The notes under the pieces: generated by a model
Database searches by the model: none
Seen by the model: only the letters and a program-made list of their open reading frames with translations
What the model was told of the DNA's origin: nothing
Program-made: the position numbers and the translations under genes
In this document: piece after piece, positions 9,269 to 18,735 of the stretch
Numbering within the stretch: position 1 is the first letter of the stretch
Layout of the letters: each line of letters begins with the position of its first letter
Source: an uncultured Actinomycetes bacterium
GTDB lineage: Bacteria; Actinomycetota; Thermoleophilia; Solirubrobacterales; 70-9
DNA: 64,000 nt
Reading direction: 5' to 3'
NCBI GenBank assembly: GCA_963782515.1
Contig: CAWAJY010000006.1
Location: 349,988 to 413,987, forward strand

Positions 9269-10888
9269 ATGGATGAGACCGCACAGATGAGCTTGGGTTC
9301 CTCCCCCGGCGGGGCCACGCCCGCCTCTCCCGGCGAGCGCGCCGACGCGTTGCTCGCGGAGCTCGGGTACGCCGAGTGGCGGGCGGGGCAGCGCGAGGCG
9401 GTGATCGCCGCCCTCGAGGGTCGCGATTCCCTGATCGTGATGCCGACCGGCGGCGGCAAGAGCCTCTGCTACCAGCTGCCGGGGCTGGCCTCCGACGATC
9501 TGACGATCGTCGTCAGCCCGCTGATCGCGCTGATGCGGGACCAGTGGCTGCGGCTGACCCAGGCCGGGCACCCGGTGGCGATGGTCTCCTCGGCGATGGA
9601 CGAGGGGGACACCTGGGACGCCCTGGAGAGCGTCCGCAACGGACGGGCGAAGATCGTCTACTGCGCACCGGAGCGCTTCGCCTCGCGGGTCTTCCTCGAC
9701 GCGATCGGGCAGCGCAAGGTCGACCTGCTGGCGGTCGACGAGGCCCACTGCGTCTCCGAGTGGGGGCACGACTTCCGCCCCGACTACCTGCGCCTGCCGC
9801 AGATCGCCGAGCGGCTCGGCCGGCCGACGGTGATGGCCTGCACGGCGACGGCGACGGTGCCGGTCGCGGTGGAGATCGCGCAGCGCTTCGAGATGCGGGA
9901 GCCACTGCGGGTGCGGGCGGGCTTCGACCGTCCCAACATCTCCTTCGACGTGATCGCGCTGGAGGGCAAGGGCTCCAAGGCGCGCCGCCAGGCGCTGCTG
10001 GAGACCGGGCTCGCCGACCCCGCCAACCGCCCCGCGATCGTCTACTGCGGCACCCGCAAGGACACCGACGAGGTCGCCGGAGAGCTGCGCTCGACCGGCC
10101 TGCGGGCGCTGGCCTACCACGCCGGGATGGAAGGCAACGAGCGCTCGATCGTCCAGCGGCGCTTCATGTCCGGCGGCGAGGACGCGGTCGACGTGGTCGT
10201 CGCCACCAACGCCTTCGGCATGGGAGTCGACAAGGCCGACGTGCGGTCGGTCTGGCACATGGCGATCCCGACCTCGGTCGAGGCCTACTACCAGGAGGCC
10301 GGGCGCGCCGGGCGCGACGGCCTGCCCTCGCGAGCCGTGATGCTGGCGATGAAGGCCGATCTCGGGCGGCTCGTGCGCTTCAACGAACAGCGGGCGAACG
10401 ACCCGGAGCTGGCGATCGCCCACGAGCGCGGCTGGCGTGCCTACCACGCGATCAAAGACTTCATCTACGGCACCCGCTGCCGCCGCGTCGCGCTGCTCGC
10501 CCACTTCGGCGACCGCCGCGCCGAGACCCCTCCCCTCGGCCGCTGCTGCGACATCTGCGACATGCTCGACTGGCTGCCCGACCCGGACACGATCGCCGTC
10601 CGCAAGCCGGCCCGCGCCGCCGGCACCTCCACCCCGGCCCCCGACCTCTCCCCCGGCGACGAACCCCTCTTCGAGGCCCTGAAGAAGTGGCGCCTCCAGG
10701 TTGCCGAAGGCAAGCCCGCCTACACGGTGGCGAACAACAAGACCTTGGCCTCGATCGCCGCCCGCCGCCCCACCGGCCGCCCGGCGCTGATCGAGATCTC
10801 CGGCGTCGGCCCCGCCTTCGTCAGCAAGTACGCCGAGGACGTGCTGGCCCTGGTCGCCGAGCACGACGAGTCGCAGCTGGCGGCTTAG
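9269..10888 (+). CDS. recQ: ATP-dependent DNA helicase RecQ
   Basis: PTGGGKSLCYQLP Walker A. DEAHCVSEWGHDFRPDY. A Cys-rich Zn module (CRRVALLAHFGD...CCDICD). C-terminal HRDC-like segment. Confidence 0.85.
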   Translation: MDETAQMSLGSSPGGATPASPGERADALLAELGYAEWRAGQREAVIAALEGRDSLIVMPTGGGKSLCYQLPGLASDDLTIVVSPLIALMRDQWLRLTQAGHPVAMVSSAMDEGDTWDALESVRNGRAKIVYCAPERFASRVFLDAIGQRKVDLLAVDEAHCVSEWGHDFRPDYLRLPQIAERLGRPTVMACTATATVPVAVEIAQRFEMREPLRVRAGFDRPNISFDVIALEGKGSKARRQALLETGLADPANRPAIVYCGTRKDTDEVAGELRSTGLRALAYHAGMEGNERSIVQRRFMSGGEDAVDVVVATNAFGMGVDKADVRSVWHMAIPTSVEAYYQEAGRAGRDGLPSRAVMLAMKADLGRLVRFNEQRANDPELAIAHERGWRAYHAIKDFIYGTRCRRVALLAHFGDRRAETPPLGRCCDICDMLDWLPDPDTIAVRKPARAAGTSTPAPDLSPGDEPLFEALKKWRLQVAEGKPAYTVANNKTLASIAARRPTGRPALIEISGVGPAFVSKYAEDVLALVAEHDESQLAA

Positions 10889-10915
10889 GGGAAGCTCGAC
10901 CCGGCTGTTGTGCCG

Positions 10916-11115
10916 GTCCCCGTTTGACGAGGGTAACGGGGACTCCACACTGCCGGATTCAGCGCTGCAGTCCTTACTGTCGCCATAGCGCCTACAAAGC
11001 TTGCAGCGCTGTCGTGAGTGTTGGACAACACGCACGGGAGCGTGGACTTCCTACGCTCTCTGTGACGATCCCTCGTCACTCCCCGCGGGCGCCGGCTTCA
11101 AGCGCCCCCTTCCGT
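10916..11115 (-). repeat. mosaic hairpin repeat, locus C (truncated type II; lacks M2 and M4)
   Basis: 9-bp hairpin 10916-10943. VH1 10960-11011. Conserved core 11012-11080 (gtgttggacaacacgcacgggagcgtggacttcc...). M1 remnant 11081-11115. Lies between the recQ stop and the MBL-hydrolase start. Confidence 0.75.
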
Positions 11116-11167
11116 TTGCCGGCCACCCCCACCCCGCCCCGCCGGGAGCAACTGAGAGGATTCGCGG

Positions 11168-12163
11168 ATGGCCGAAGCCCAGGTTGTCAAGCCACGGACC
11201 GAACGGATCCAGCCGGGGATCTGGCGGCTGAAGCTGCCCTGCCCGTGGCCGGGCGTGCCGCACGGCAACGCCTGGGCGATGCAGCGGGGCGCCGGGATCG
11301 TGCTGTTCGACACCGGGGTCGGCGGGCGCGGCCGGCTGCGGATGCTCGACATCGCGCTGGCGCAGGCGGGCTTCGGCGTCGAAGACGTGGAGCTGGTCGT
11401 CTGCACGCACTCGCACTCCGACCACTACGGCCTCGCCGCGTCGATCTGCGAGGAGACGGGTTGTGAGCTGTGGATGCACCCGAATTGGGAGCACATCCGG
11501 CTGCAGGCCGACGACCCCGAGGCGGCGCTCGAAGCCCGGCTCGAGGTGGGGCGGATGAGCGGCGTCCCGATGGTCGCGCTCGATCGCTATCGCCAGCGCG
11601 CCGCCAAACCCGAAGACCTGATCGACGGGATCCGGGTGCCGGACCGCGCACTCGTGCCCGGGGTGGAGGTGGAGACCGACGTCGGCACCTGGAGCGTCAT
11701 CGAGACCCCCGGCCACGCGCCCTCGCACGTCTGCCTGCACCAGGCGGAGCGGCGGCTGCTCGTCTCCGGCGATCACCTCCTCGGCCGCACCGCGATCTTC
11801 TTCGACTACGGCCACACGCCCGATCCCGTCGGCGAATACCTGGCGAGCCTCGACGCGATCGAACCGCTGCCGGTCGACCTCTGCCTGCCCGGCCACGGCA
11901 AACCGTTCCGTGAATCCGAGGCGAAGATCGAGGCGGTGCGCGAGCACGCCGCCGAGCTGCTCGACCGGGTCCGCGCCCAGCTCGCCGACGGCGCCGAACC
12001 GACCGCCTTCGAGGTGGTCGAAGGGATCGTCGGCCGCGAGAACCTGTCCCCCACCACCGGCGGCTTCATGCTGCAGATCGTCCTCGCCTGCATCGACCAC
12101 CTGGCGGTGCTCGGCGACGTCCGCAAGGTCCCCGATTCCGACCCGCAGCGCTGGCGTGCTTAA
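11168..12163 (+). CDS. MBL-fold metallo-hydrolase
   Basis: 331 aa with the HSHSDHYG (HxHxDH) motif. GAGAGGA RBS. Confidence 0.7.
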   Translation: MAEAQVVKPRTERIQPGIWRLKLPCPWPGVPHGNAWAMQRGAGIVLFDTGVGGRGRLRMLDIALAQAGFGVEDVELVVCTHSHSDHYGLAASICEETGCELWMHPNWEHIRLQADDPEAALEARLEVGRMSGVPMVALDRYRQRAAKPEDLIDGIRVPDRALVPGVEVETDVGTWSVIETPGHAPSHVCLHQAERRLLVSGDHLLGRTAIFFDYGHTPDPVGEYLASLDAIEPLPVDLCLPGHGKPFRESEAKIEAVREHAAELLDRVRAQLADGAEPTAFEVVEGIVGRENLSPTTGGFMLQIVLACIDHLAVLGDVRKVPDSDPQRWRA

Positions 12164-13673
12164 GCGCCTGCACTCGGCCCTCGCCCTCCTCGTCCACCCG
12201 CGCAAGCTGTGGCGCGAGCATCGTCGCGCCGCCTTCGCGCTGATCGGCGCGGCCGTGCTGGTGATCGCCGGCGCGATCGTCGCCTGGCAGGAGCTGAAGC
12301 GCCCCCCCGACGTCCACAACGAAGACGCGATCCGTCATTTCAAGCCGGAACCGCCGAAGGAACCGCCGCAGACGACGCCGGGGCGGAAAGGCCCGCGGAC
12401 GGTCAACTGGCCGATGTACGGGCTGAACCCGCAGCGCACCCGGTACCTGCCCACCCGTGGGATCAAGCCGCCCTTCCGCAAACTCTGGCGCTACACCCAG
12501 CGCCCGCTGCTCGAGTTCCCGCCGATCTACGTCGACGGCGTCCTCTACGCGGTCAACAACTCGGGCTTCGCCTTCGCCCTGAACGCGAGGACCGGCGCGC
12601 GGCTCTGGGAACGGCGGATCGGCCGCCTCAACGCCTCCTCGCCGGCCTACTCCAAAGGGCGCCTCTACATCGTCAACCTGGTTCCCGGCCACATCGTCAA
12701 GTTGGACGCCAAAAACGGCAGGGTGCTGTGGAAAAAGAGCCTGCCGGGACGGGCCGAGTCCTCGCCGGTGGTGATCGACAACAGCGTCTACTTCGGCTGC
12801 GAGGACGGCAGGCTCTACTCGGTCTCGACCGTCAACGGGAACGTGCGCTGGTCGACCCAGCTCTCCGGCCCGGTGAAGGCGGCGCCCGCCTACTACGGCG
12901 GTCGGCTCTACGTCGGCGACTACGGCGGCTCGATGAACGCGGTCGACGCGAAGACCGGCAAGCTGATCTGGTCGACCGGCTCGCTCGGGACCGGGATCAG
13001 CGGCGGCGAGTTCTACTCGACCCCGGCGGTCGCCTTCGGCCGCGTCTACGCGGGCAACAACGACGACCGCGTCTACAGCTTCGACCTCTCCGACGGCGAA
13101 CTGGCCTGGACCTACTCGACCGGCGGCTATGCCTACTCGGCACCGGCCGTCGCCGGCACGAAGCACAGCCCGCCGACCGTCTACATCGGCTCCTTCGACG
13201 GCAACATCTACGCGCTGAACGCGAAGAACGGCGAAGTGCGCTGGAGCCGCTCCGCGGGCGGGCAGGTGGTCGGGTCGCTCTCGGCGATCGGGGAAATCGT
13301 CTACGTCGCCAACTTCACCAACCAGACGACGACCGGCTTCATGATGCGCAGCGGTCGCAAGGTCTTCAGCTATCCCAAGGGGACCTACACGCCGATCATC
13401 AGCGACGGGCAGGACCTCTACGTGACCGGCTACTCGAGCATCACCAAGCTCGCGCCGATCCGCCCGAAACCGGCACGGATCTCACCCGCGATCGTCGCGC
13501 CCGCGGTGAAACCACTGGAGCTGACGCCGCGCCAACGGCAACGACTGCGGCAGATGTCGCCGGCGCGGCGGCGGGCGACTATTCGGGCGCTACGCCGCCA
13601 GGCGGCGGCGGGGGCAGGTGCGGAGCGCCCGGCGCGTACGCCGGGAACCGCCCGTCGTGGAGGCGCGCGGTGA
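12156..13673 (+). CDS. PQQ-like beta-propeller repeat protein with N-terminal TM anchor
   Basis: In-frame GTG at 12156 overlaps the MBL stop. Hydrophobic segment FALIGAAVLVIAGAIVAW. Repeated G.LY..d..G.v.a.d..tG...W units. Start uncertain. Arg-rich C-terminal tail. Confidence 0.6.
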   Translation: MLKRLHSALALLVHPRKLWREHRRAAFALIGAAVLVIAGAIVAWQELKRPPDVHNEDAIRHFKPEPPKEPPQTTPGRKGPRTVNWPMYGLNPQRTRYLPTRGIKPPFRKLWRYTQRPLLEFPPIYVDGVLYAVNNSGFAFALNARTGARLWERRIGRLNASSPAYSKGRLYIVNLVPGHIVKLDAKNGRVLWKKSLPGRAESSPVVIDNSVYFGCEDGRLYSVSTVNGNVRWSTQLSGPVKAAPAYYGGRLYVGDYGGSMNAVDAKTGKLIWSTGSLGTGISGGEFYSTPAVAFGRVYAGNNDDRVYSFDLSDGELAWTYSTGGYAYSAPAVAGTKHSPPTVYIGSFDGNIYALNAKNGEVRWSRSAGGQVVGSLSAIGEIVYVANFTNQTTTGFMMRSGRKVFSYPKGTYTPIISDGQDLYVTGYSSITKLAPIRPKPARISPAIVAPAVKPLELTPRQRQRLRQMSPARRRATIRALRRQAAAGAGAERPARTPGTARRGGAR

Positions 13674-14658
13674 GCACCGCGAGGCTTTCGCTGTAGTTCT
13701 GGATCCGGTAGTTCGAGGTCGAGCCGAAGTCCTGGTAGTAGACGAGCATCTTCGTCCGCGGGTGGGCTTTCACCCAGGCAAAGAGGTGGGAGACGAAGCT
13801 CGGGTCGTCGCCCGCTTCGACGCCCCACTCGGTGATCGCGAAGGGCTTGTCGGGATAGCGTTCGTACAGCTTCGTCAGCGCGCCCCATTCGGGATAGGAG
13901 GCGTAGAAGTCGGTGCCGGTCCAGTCGACCCAGCGGTCGCCCGGGTAGAAGTTCTGCGGCAGGTTCTTCTTCGTCGTCGGCGACCCGGAGGGCAGCGGGC
14001 TCCAGACGATCGCCACCGGCGCCTTCGGCAGCCCGCCGACGGTCGCGTTCAGCGGCGGCAGCCCGGCTTCGGCGAGGCGCGCGTTGATGAGCTTGGCCTT
14101 GCCGCCGCCGTGGACGATCACGTATATGCGGCGGAACGCGCGCCGGTAGTTGCGGGCCGAATCGGCGGCCGAGCGCGGGTGCCCGGCGCATTCGAGGGCG
14201 GCGTAGACGTTGAGGCAGCGGTTCGGCTCGCCCAGCGGCCGCACGTAGGCGCGCATGTGCTTTTCGGCGAAGAGCTTGTTCAGGCGGATCAGGAAGCTGT
14301 CGCCGGCGCCGCGGGCGATCTGCGCCAGGGTCAGGATCTCGGCGCCCGTCTGCGGGTCGGCGGTGGTGATGTGGACCATCGGCCGGGCGCGGGCGATCTG
14401 CCAGCGCTGGATCGAGTTGCGGATTTCCGACCCCCAGGCCCGGAAGGACTCGATCACCGCCGGGTGCTTGGACACCGCTTCGGAGAATTCGCCGAACGAC
14501 GCCGGGTCGCCGGTGTCGGAGACGCCGAAGTAGATCTGCTTCCCCTTCGGTTCGAGCACCCCCGCCGAGGCACTCCCCGCCGCCACGCCGAGCGCCGCCA
14601 CCACGAGGGCGACGACGAGTGCCGCTGCTGCGGCCCGCGTGCGGTTGGTGCCGTTCAT
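13579..14658 (-). CDS. secreted GH26-like glycoside hydrolase
   Basis: Start taken at MNGTNRTRAAAAALVV (signal peptide). YPGDRWVDWTGTDFYA and FAITEWG motifs resemble GH26 mannanase-type enzymes. Family call is from memory. Confidence 0.5.
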   Translation of the reverse strand: MNGTNRTRAAAAALVVALVVAALGVAAGSASAGVLEPKGKQIYFGVSDTGDPASFGEFSEAVSKHPAVIESFRAWGSEIRNSIQRWQIARARPMVHITTADPQTGAEILTLAQIARGAGDSFLIRLNKLFAEKHMRAYVRPLGEPNRCLNVYAALECAGHPRSAADSARNYRRAFRRIYVIVHGGGKAKLINARLAEAGLPPLNATVGGLPKAPVAIVWSPLPSGSPTTKKNLPQNFYPGDRWVDWTGTDFYASYPEWGALTKLYERYPDKPFAITEWGVEAGDDPSFVSHLFAWVKAHPRTKMLVYYQDFGSTSNYRIQNYSESLAVLTARLHDGRFPAYAPGAPHLPPPPPGGVAPE

Positions 14659-14825
14659 CGGGATGCCGGGGCCGGCCGAGGAGACGCGCCTTGCCGGGCA
14701 GCGCCCCATGCTGCCAAGCGCGACCCGCCGGGCGAGGCTCACCGGGGCACCCTGCAACGCTCGTTGCGCCCCGCTGAGGTGCGGACCCGAGGCAAGCCGC
14801 CGGGGGGAGCCCTAGGAGGTGGAAA

Positions 14826-15375
14826 GGGACGGGGAAGGGACGCTGGCCGTCTCGTCCACGGCCCTGGCTGGCTGTGGCCGTGGCCGAGACGGCCGGGGAT
14901 GTGAGGAGTGGCGGGGATCGCCCACGCGAGCGCCACGGGTTCGTCACGGCAGGGACACGGATCCGTCACGGGACTCGCATCTCGTGACGGAGAGCGTGGG
15001 AAGTCCACGCTTCCGCGCGTGTTGTCCAACGCTCACGACCGCGCTGCAGTACTTGAAGGCGCTATAGCGCCAGTAAGGACTGCAGCGCTGGATCCGGCCC
15101 TCTTTCCAGGCCCGGAAAGCGCCCGAAGGTGCCCGAAGGCCGCGGGAAGTGTGTAGTTCCCGGCATCTTCGTCAACGATCGGGGTGAGGTGTGGCATCTC
15201 TCGCGCGCACCCTTGACGTAAGCCCGACCTCGGCCCGTCCCTGCGCCAGAACCCACACGAACCCCTCACGTCCTGGGCGTCTCATCGCGGTCACAGCCAG
15301 CCAGGACCGCGATGAGACGCCCAGGACGCACATAGGACTGCCGCGACGGCAGGGAGAGCGGGACAACGCCCGTCC
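14826..15375 (+). repeat. mosaic hairpin repeat, locus D (type II, forward)
   Basis: Short M1 14826-14844. M2 14845-14894 (19-bp arms, loop CTGGCTGGCTGT). Core 14930-15040. VH1 15041-15088. M4 15269-15328 (perfect 24-bp stem, loop ACAGCCAGCCAG). M5-like end 15335-15375. Confidence 0.85.
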
Positions 15376-15381
15376 GCGACC

Positions 15382-16077
15382 TCAGCTCCCGTCCGGCGGC
15401 TCCCAGAACTGCATCGCGCCGGCGACGGCGAAGCAGACGGCGCCGCCGAAGGTTCCCCAGTTGGCGATGCCGACGGCGATCATGTCGCCGTCGGCGCGGA
15501 CGAAGGAGGCGACGCCGGAGACCATGAAGAGGACCGAGCCGACCTGGTTGACGAAGACGATCCACCAGCCGAGGCCCTCGCCGCGCAGGCGCCACCAGGA
15601 GCCGGAGATGTCGACCATCGCGAGGAAGCCGGAGATGAGGAAGAGGAGGCAGCCGATGATGTCCGGGTTCCAGACCAGGCGGTCCTCCTGGGTCGGCGTG
15701 AGGTTGCCGAGCAGGGAATCGATGAGGTTGATGCCGAAGACGATGGTCCCGGCGAAGAGGACGGCGGCGGCGAGGTAGTCGATGTTGCCCGGTTCACGCG
15801 CCCACCAACGCCAGCGGTCCCCCGCCCAGGAGCCGTCCCGGCGGCGATGCGGGGCGTTGATCGCCAGCAGCACCGAGGCGTAACCGCCGGTGGAGAAGAA
15901 GACGCCGCCGACGAGGTAGACGACCGCGGCGAGGCGCGGCCCACCGATGTCGGCCTGGGCCAGGAGGGCGCCGATCGCGAAGAGCGAGCCGCCGAGGAGG
16001 AACGCCCCGGCCGCGACCGCGTTCGCTCTACGGAGCGGTGAAGGTGGCCGGGTCGGGGCCGATGCGATGGCCGGCAT
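15382..16077 (-). CDS. polytopic membrane protein of unknown function (YrhK-like)
   Basis: 231 aa with about 6 hydrophobic helices. The only canonical start (ATG 16077) overlaps the AKR gene 3' end by 50 nt. Confidence 0.5.
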   Translation of the reverse strand: MPAIASAPTRPPSPLRRANAVAAGAFLLGGSLFAIGALLAQADIGGPRLAAVVYLVGGVFFSTGGYASVLLAINAPHRRRDGSWAGDRWRWWAREPGNIDYLAAAVLFAGTIVFGINLIDSLLGNLTPTQEDRLVWNPDIIGCLLFLISGFLAMVDISGSWWRLRGEGLGWWIVFVNQVGSVLFMVSGVASFVRADGDMIAVGIANWGTFGGAVCFAVAGAMQFWEPPDGS

Positions 16078-16858
16078 CCAGACGGGCGATCGCCGCCAGG
16101 TCGTCCTCGGTGAGCTCGAAGTCGAAGAGGTCGAAGTTCTCGCGCACCCGCGCCGGGGTGACGGACTTGGGGATCACCACGTTGCCGAGCTGGAGGTGCC
16201 AGCGCAGGATCACCTGGGCGACCGTGCGGTCGTGGCGCCCGGCGATCGCGGTGAGGGTGTCGTCCTTCAGCACCTCGCCCTGGGCGAGCGGGCTCCAGGC
16301 CTCGGTGGCGATGCCGTGCTCGGCGTGCCAGGCGCGCAGCTCGGCCTGCTGGAGCAGCGGATGGAGCTCGACCTGGTTGATCGTCGGCATCTGCCCGGCC
16401 TCGCGTTCCAGCCGCTCGAGGTCGCAGGCGCGGAAGTTGGAGACGCCGATCGAGCGCGCGCCGCCCTCCTCCTTGATCCGTTCGAACGCCCGCCAGGTAT
16501 CCAGGTAGAGGTCCCGCGCGGGGACCGGCCAGTGGATCAGGTAGAGGTCGACGTGACCGGTGTCCAGCGCTTCGATCGAGCGCTCGAAGGCGGCCAGGGT
16601 CGAATCGAAGCCCTGCTCGCTGTTCCAGAGCTTGGTGGTGATGAAGATCTCCTCGCGGGGGACGTCCGAGGCCGCGATCCCGGCGGCGACGCCGCGCTCG
16701 TTGCGATAGGCGGCGGCGGTGTCGAGATGGCGATAACCGGTCGCGAGGGCGTCCTCGACCGCGCGCTGCGTCTCGTCCGGCGGCACCTGGAAGACGCCGA
16801 AGCCAAGCTGCGGGATCTCGACGCCGTCGCTCAGCCTGACGTTCGGGACGTCGGGCAC
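16028..16858 (-). CDS. aldo/keto reductase (2,5-diketo-D-gluconate reductase-like)
   Basis: 276 aa. GFGVFQVP...GYRHLDTAAAYRNE and LYLIHWP motifs. Confidence 0.85.
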   Translation of the reverse strand: MPDVPNVRLSDGVEIPQLGFGVFQVPPDETQRAVEDALATGYRHLDTAAAYRNERGVAAGIAASDVPREEIFITTKLWNSEQGFDSTLAAFERSIEALDTGHVDLYLIHWPVPARDLYLDTWRAFERIKEEGGARSIGVSNFRACDLERLEREAGQMPTINQVELHPLLQQAELRAWHAEHGIATEAWSPLAQGEVLKDDTLTAIAGRHDRTVAQVILRWHLQLGNVVIPKSVTPARVRENFDLFDFELTEDDLAAIARLDAGHRIGPDPATFTAP

Positions 16859-16862
16859 CGAG

Positions 16863-17036
16863 CTAACTCGAGGCGAGGCCGATGGCGATCAGCGGGAAGG
16901 CGAGCATGAAGCCCATGAACAGGCCCATCGCGGCACCGGACGCGAACGTCATGGTGTTCGAGCGGGCGCCGTACATGGCGCTTATGAGGGCGACGAGCGC
17001 GGCCACGCCGCATCCGATCCAGAAGATGGAAGGCAT
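16863..17036 (-). CDS. 57-aa hydrophobic small protein (two predicted TM helices)
   Basis: Hand-translated and not in the ORF track: MPSIFWIGCGVAALVALISAMYGARSNTMTFASGAAMGLFMGFMLAFPLIAIGLASS. High GC3. Its TAG lies 4 nt upstream of the AKR ATG. Confidence 0.4.
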   Translation of the reverse strand: MPSIFWIGCGVAALVALISAMYGARSNTMTFASGAAMGLFMGFMLAFPLIAIGLASS

Positions 17037-17103
17037 CAAGTCGGCACCCTACCGAACCGATAAGCGGGGAGGAATCCACGAAAGGCCTCGGAAAGCTCCT
17101 CCT

Positions 17104-18672
17104 ATGAACGCAACGCCCGCCAAGAACTCGAAACTGATCCTCGCGGCGATGATCTTCGCCGTCTCGATGACCTTCATCGACCAGACGATCGTCGCGATCT
17201 CGCTGCCGACGATCCAGGAAGACGTCCACCTCTCGACCACCGGCTCGCAGTGGATCATCAACGGGTACCTGCTCTCGCTCTCGGCGCTGTTCGCCTTCGG
17301 CGGGCGCCTTGCCGACATCGCCGGCCACCGCCGCATGGTGGTCATCGGCACGATCATCTTCGCCGTCTGCTCCGCCCTCTGCGGGGCGACGCCGACCGGC
17401 TCCGGCGCCGAGGCCTGGCTGATCACCTTCCGCATCCTGCAGGGCGCGGGCGCGGCGATCATGTTCCCGGCGGCGCTGGCGATCGTCCTCGAGTCCTTCC
17501 CGGTCTCCGAGCGCGGCCGCGCGATGGCGATCTTCTTCGGCATCGCCGGCGGACTCACCTCGATCGGCCCGATCGCGGGCGGCTACCTCACCGAGTGGAC
17601 CTGGCGCTCGATCTTCTGGATCAACATCCCGGTCGCGATCATCGCCCTCCTCCTCACCTGGAAGGCGAAGCCCGCCGACGAGCGCCACCCGGGCAAGATC
17701 GACTACAAGGGCACGGTGCTCGTCTGCGGCGGCATGGGCCTGCTGGTCCTGGGACTGCAGCAGTCGGCGATCTGGGGTTGGAGCGACGTCAAGACCTGGG
17801 CCTCGATCGTCCTCGGCGTCGGGATCCTCATCTGGTTCGTCAAAGACCAGCTCGCCTCCGCGAACCCGCTGCTGCGCCTGCGGATCTTCGAGAACCGCGC
17901 CTTCGCCGTCGACAGCGCCGTCCTCTTCTTCCTGATGATCGCCTTCGTGCCGTTGTTCTTCTTCGCCAGCGAGTACGCGCAGATCTCGCTCGGGGAATCG
18001 GCCTCGGAAACCGGCCTCTACCTGCTGATCTTCTTCGCCGGGTTCGCCACCGCGACCCAGTGGGGCGGAAAAATGCTCGACCGGATCGGGGCGCGGCGGC
18101 CGATGGTCCTGGGCTGCCTGATCGGCGCGATCGGCTTCTGGCTCTGGGGAAGCTCGATGACCCACCTCTCGGTCAGCGAACAGTGGTACTACATCGTCCT
18201 CGCCGGGCTCGGGGTCGGGCTCGTCCTCTCCCCCGCCAACACCGACGCGCTGAACCGCGTGCCGCGCAGCCGCTACGGCGAGGCGACCGGGATCACGCAG
18301 ACGGTGCGGAACTTCGGCTCGAGCCTCGGCCTGGCGATCCTCGGGTCCCTGCTGATCACCTGGAACCGGTCGAACCTGGAGAGCGCCGCGACCGCAAAGG
18401 GCCTGTCGAAGGACAAAGCCGACGCCGTCGCCGAATGCGTGTCCCAGGGCGAAGCCGCCTGCCAGGCGATCGGCCACGCGCTGGGGCCGAAAGCGGGCGA
18501 GGTCTTCACCGCCGTGCCGATGGCCTTCGCCGAAGCGAGCCGGGACGTCTTCCACGGGATGGCTATCGCGCTCGCGATCGGCTTCCTCATCGCGCTGAAA
18601 TTCATGCCCGGGGACAAAGTCGAAGAAGGCGAGGTCCCCGAGGACGACGCCGTCCCCAGCGTCACGGTCTGA
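17104..18672 (+). CDS. MFS transporter, DHA2/EmrB-type (14-TMS)
   Basis: Start taken at MNATPAKNSKLILAAMIF. FIDQTIVAISLPTIQ and GGRLADIAGHRRM motifs. Confidence 0.8.
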   Translation: MNATPAKNSKLILAAMIFAVSMTFIDQTIVAISLPTIQEDVHLSTTGSQWIINGYLLSLSALFAFGGRLADIAGHRRMVVIGTIIFAVCSALCGATPTGSGAEAWLITFRILQGAGAAIMFPAALAIVLESFPVSERGRAMAIFFGIAGGLTSIGPIAGGYLTEWTWRSIFWINIPVAIIALLLTWKAKPADERHPGKIDYKGTVLVCGGMGLLVLGLQQSAIWGWSDVKTWASIVLGVGILIWFVKDQLASANPLLRLRIFENRAFAVDSAVLFFLMIAFVPLFFFASEYAQISLGESASETGLYLLIFFAGFATATQWGGKMLDRIGARRPMVLGCLIGAIGFWLWGSSMTHLSVSEQWYYIVLAGLGVGLVLSPANTDALNRVPRSRYGEATGITQTVRNFGSSLGLAILGSLLITWNRSNLESAATAKGLSKDKADAVAECVSQGEAACQAIGHALGPKAGEVFTAVPMAFAEASRDVFHGMAIALAIGFLIALKFMPGDKVEEGEVPEDDAVPSVTV

Positions 18673-18697
18673 CCCTTCCCGCGCGGCGCGGCCCGAA

Positions 18698-18722
18698 CCT
18701 TCCCGCGCGGCGTGCGGGAAGG
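18698..18722 (+). terminator. 9-bp GC hairpin after the MFS gene, overlapping the RBS of the next gene
   Basis: ccttcccgc (18698-18706) pairs with gcgggaagg (18714-18722). Preceded by a direct copy of the 14-mer ccttcccgcgcggc at 18674-18687. No U tract. Confidence 0.3.
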
Positions 18723-18735
18723 TAGGTTGGGCCGG

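Noticed and set aside
8123-11035. Very long antisense ORFs: 8123..11035 (970 aa), 16831..19695 (954 aa), 33252..36113 (953 aa), 37753..40749 (998 aa), 42371..44311 (646 aa) and many shorter ones.
   Set aside because: They are shadow ORFs typical of ~70% GC DNA. Their translations are R/G/P/A-rich low-complexity strings with no recognisable motifs. Each lies opposite or out of frame to a gene with clear family motifs.
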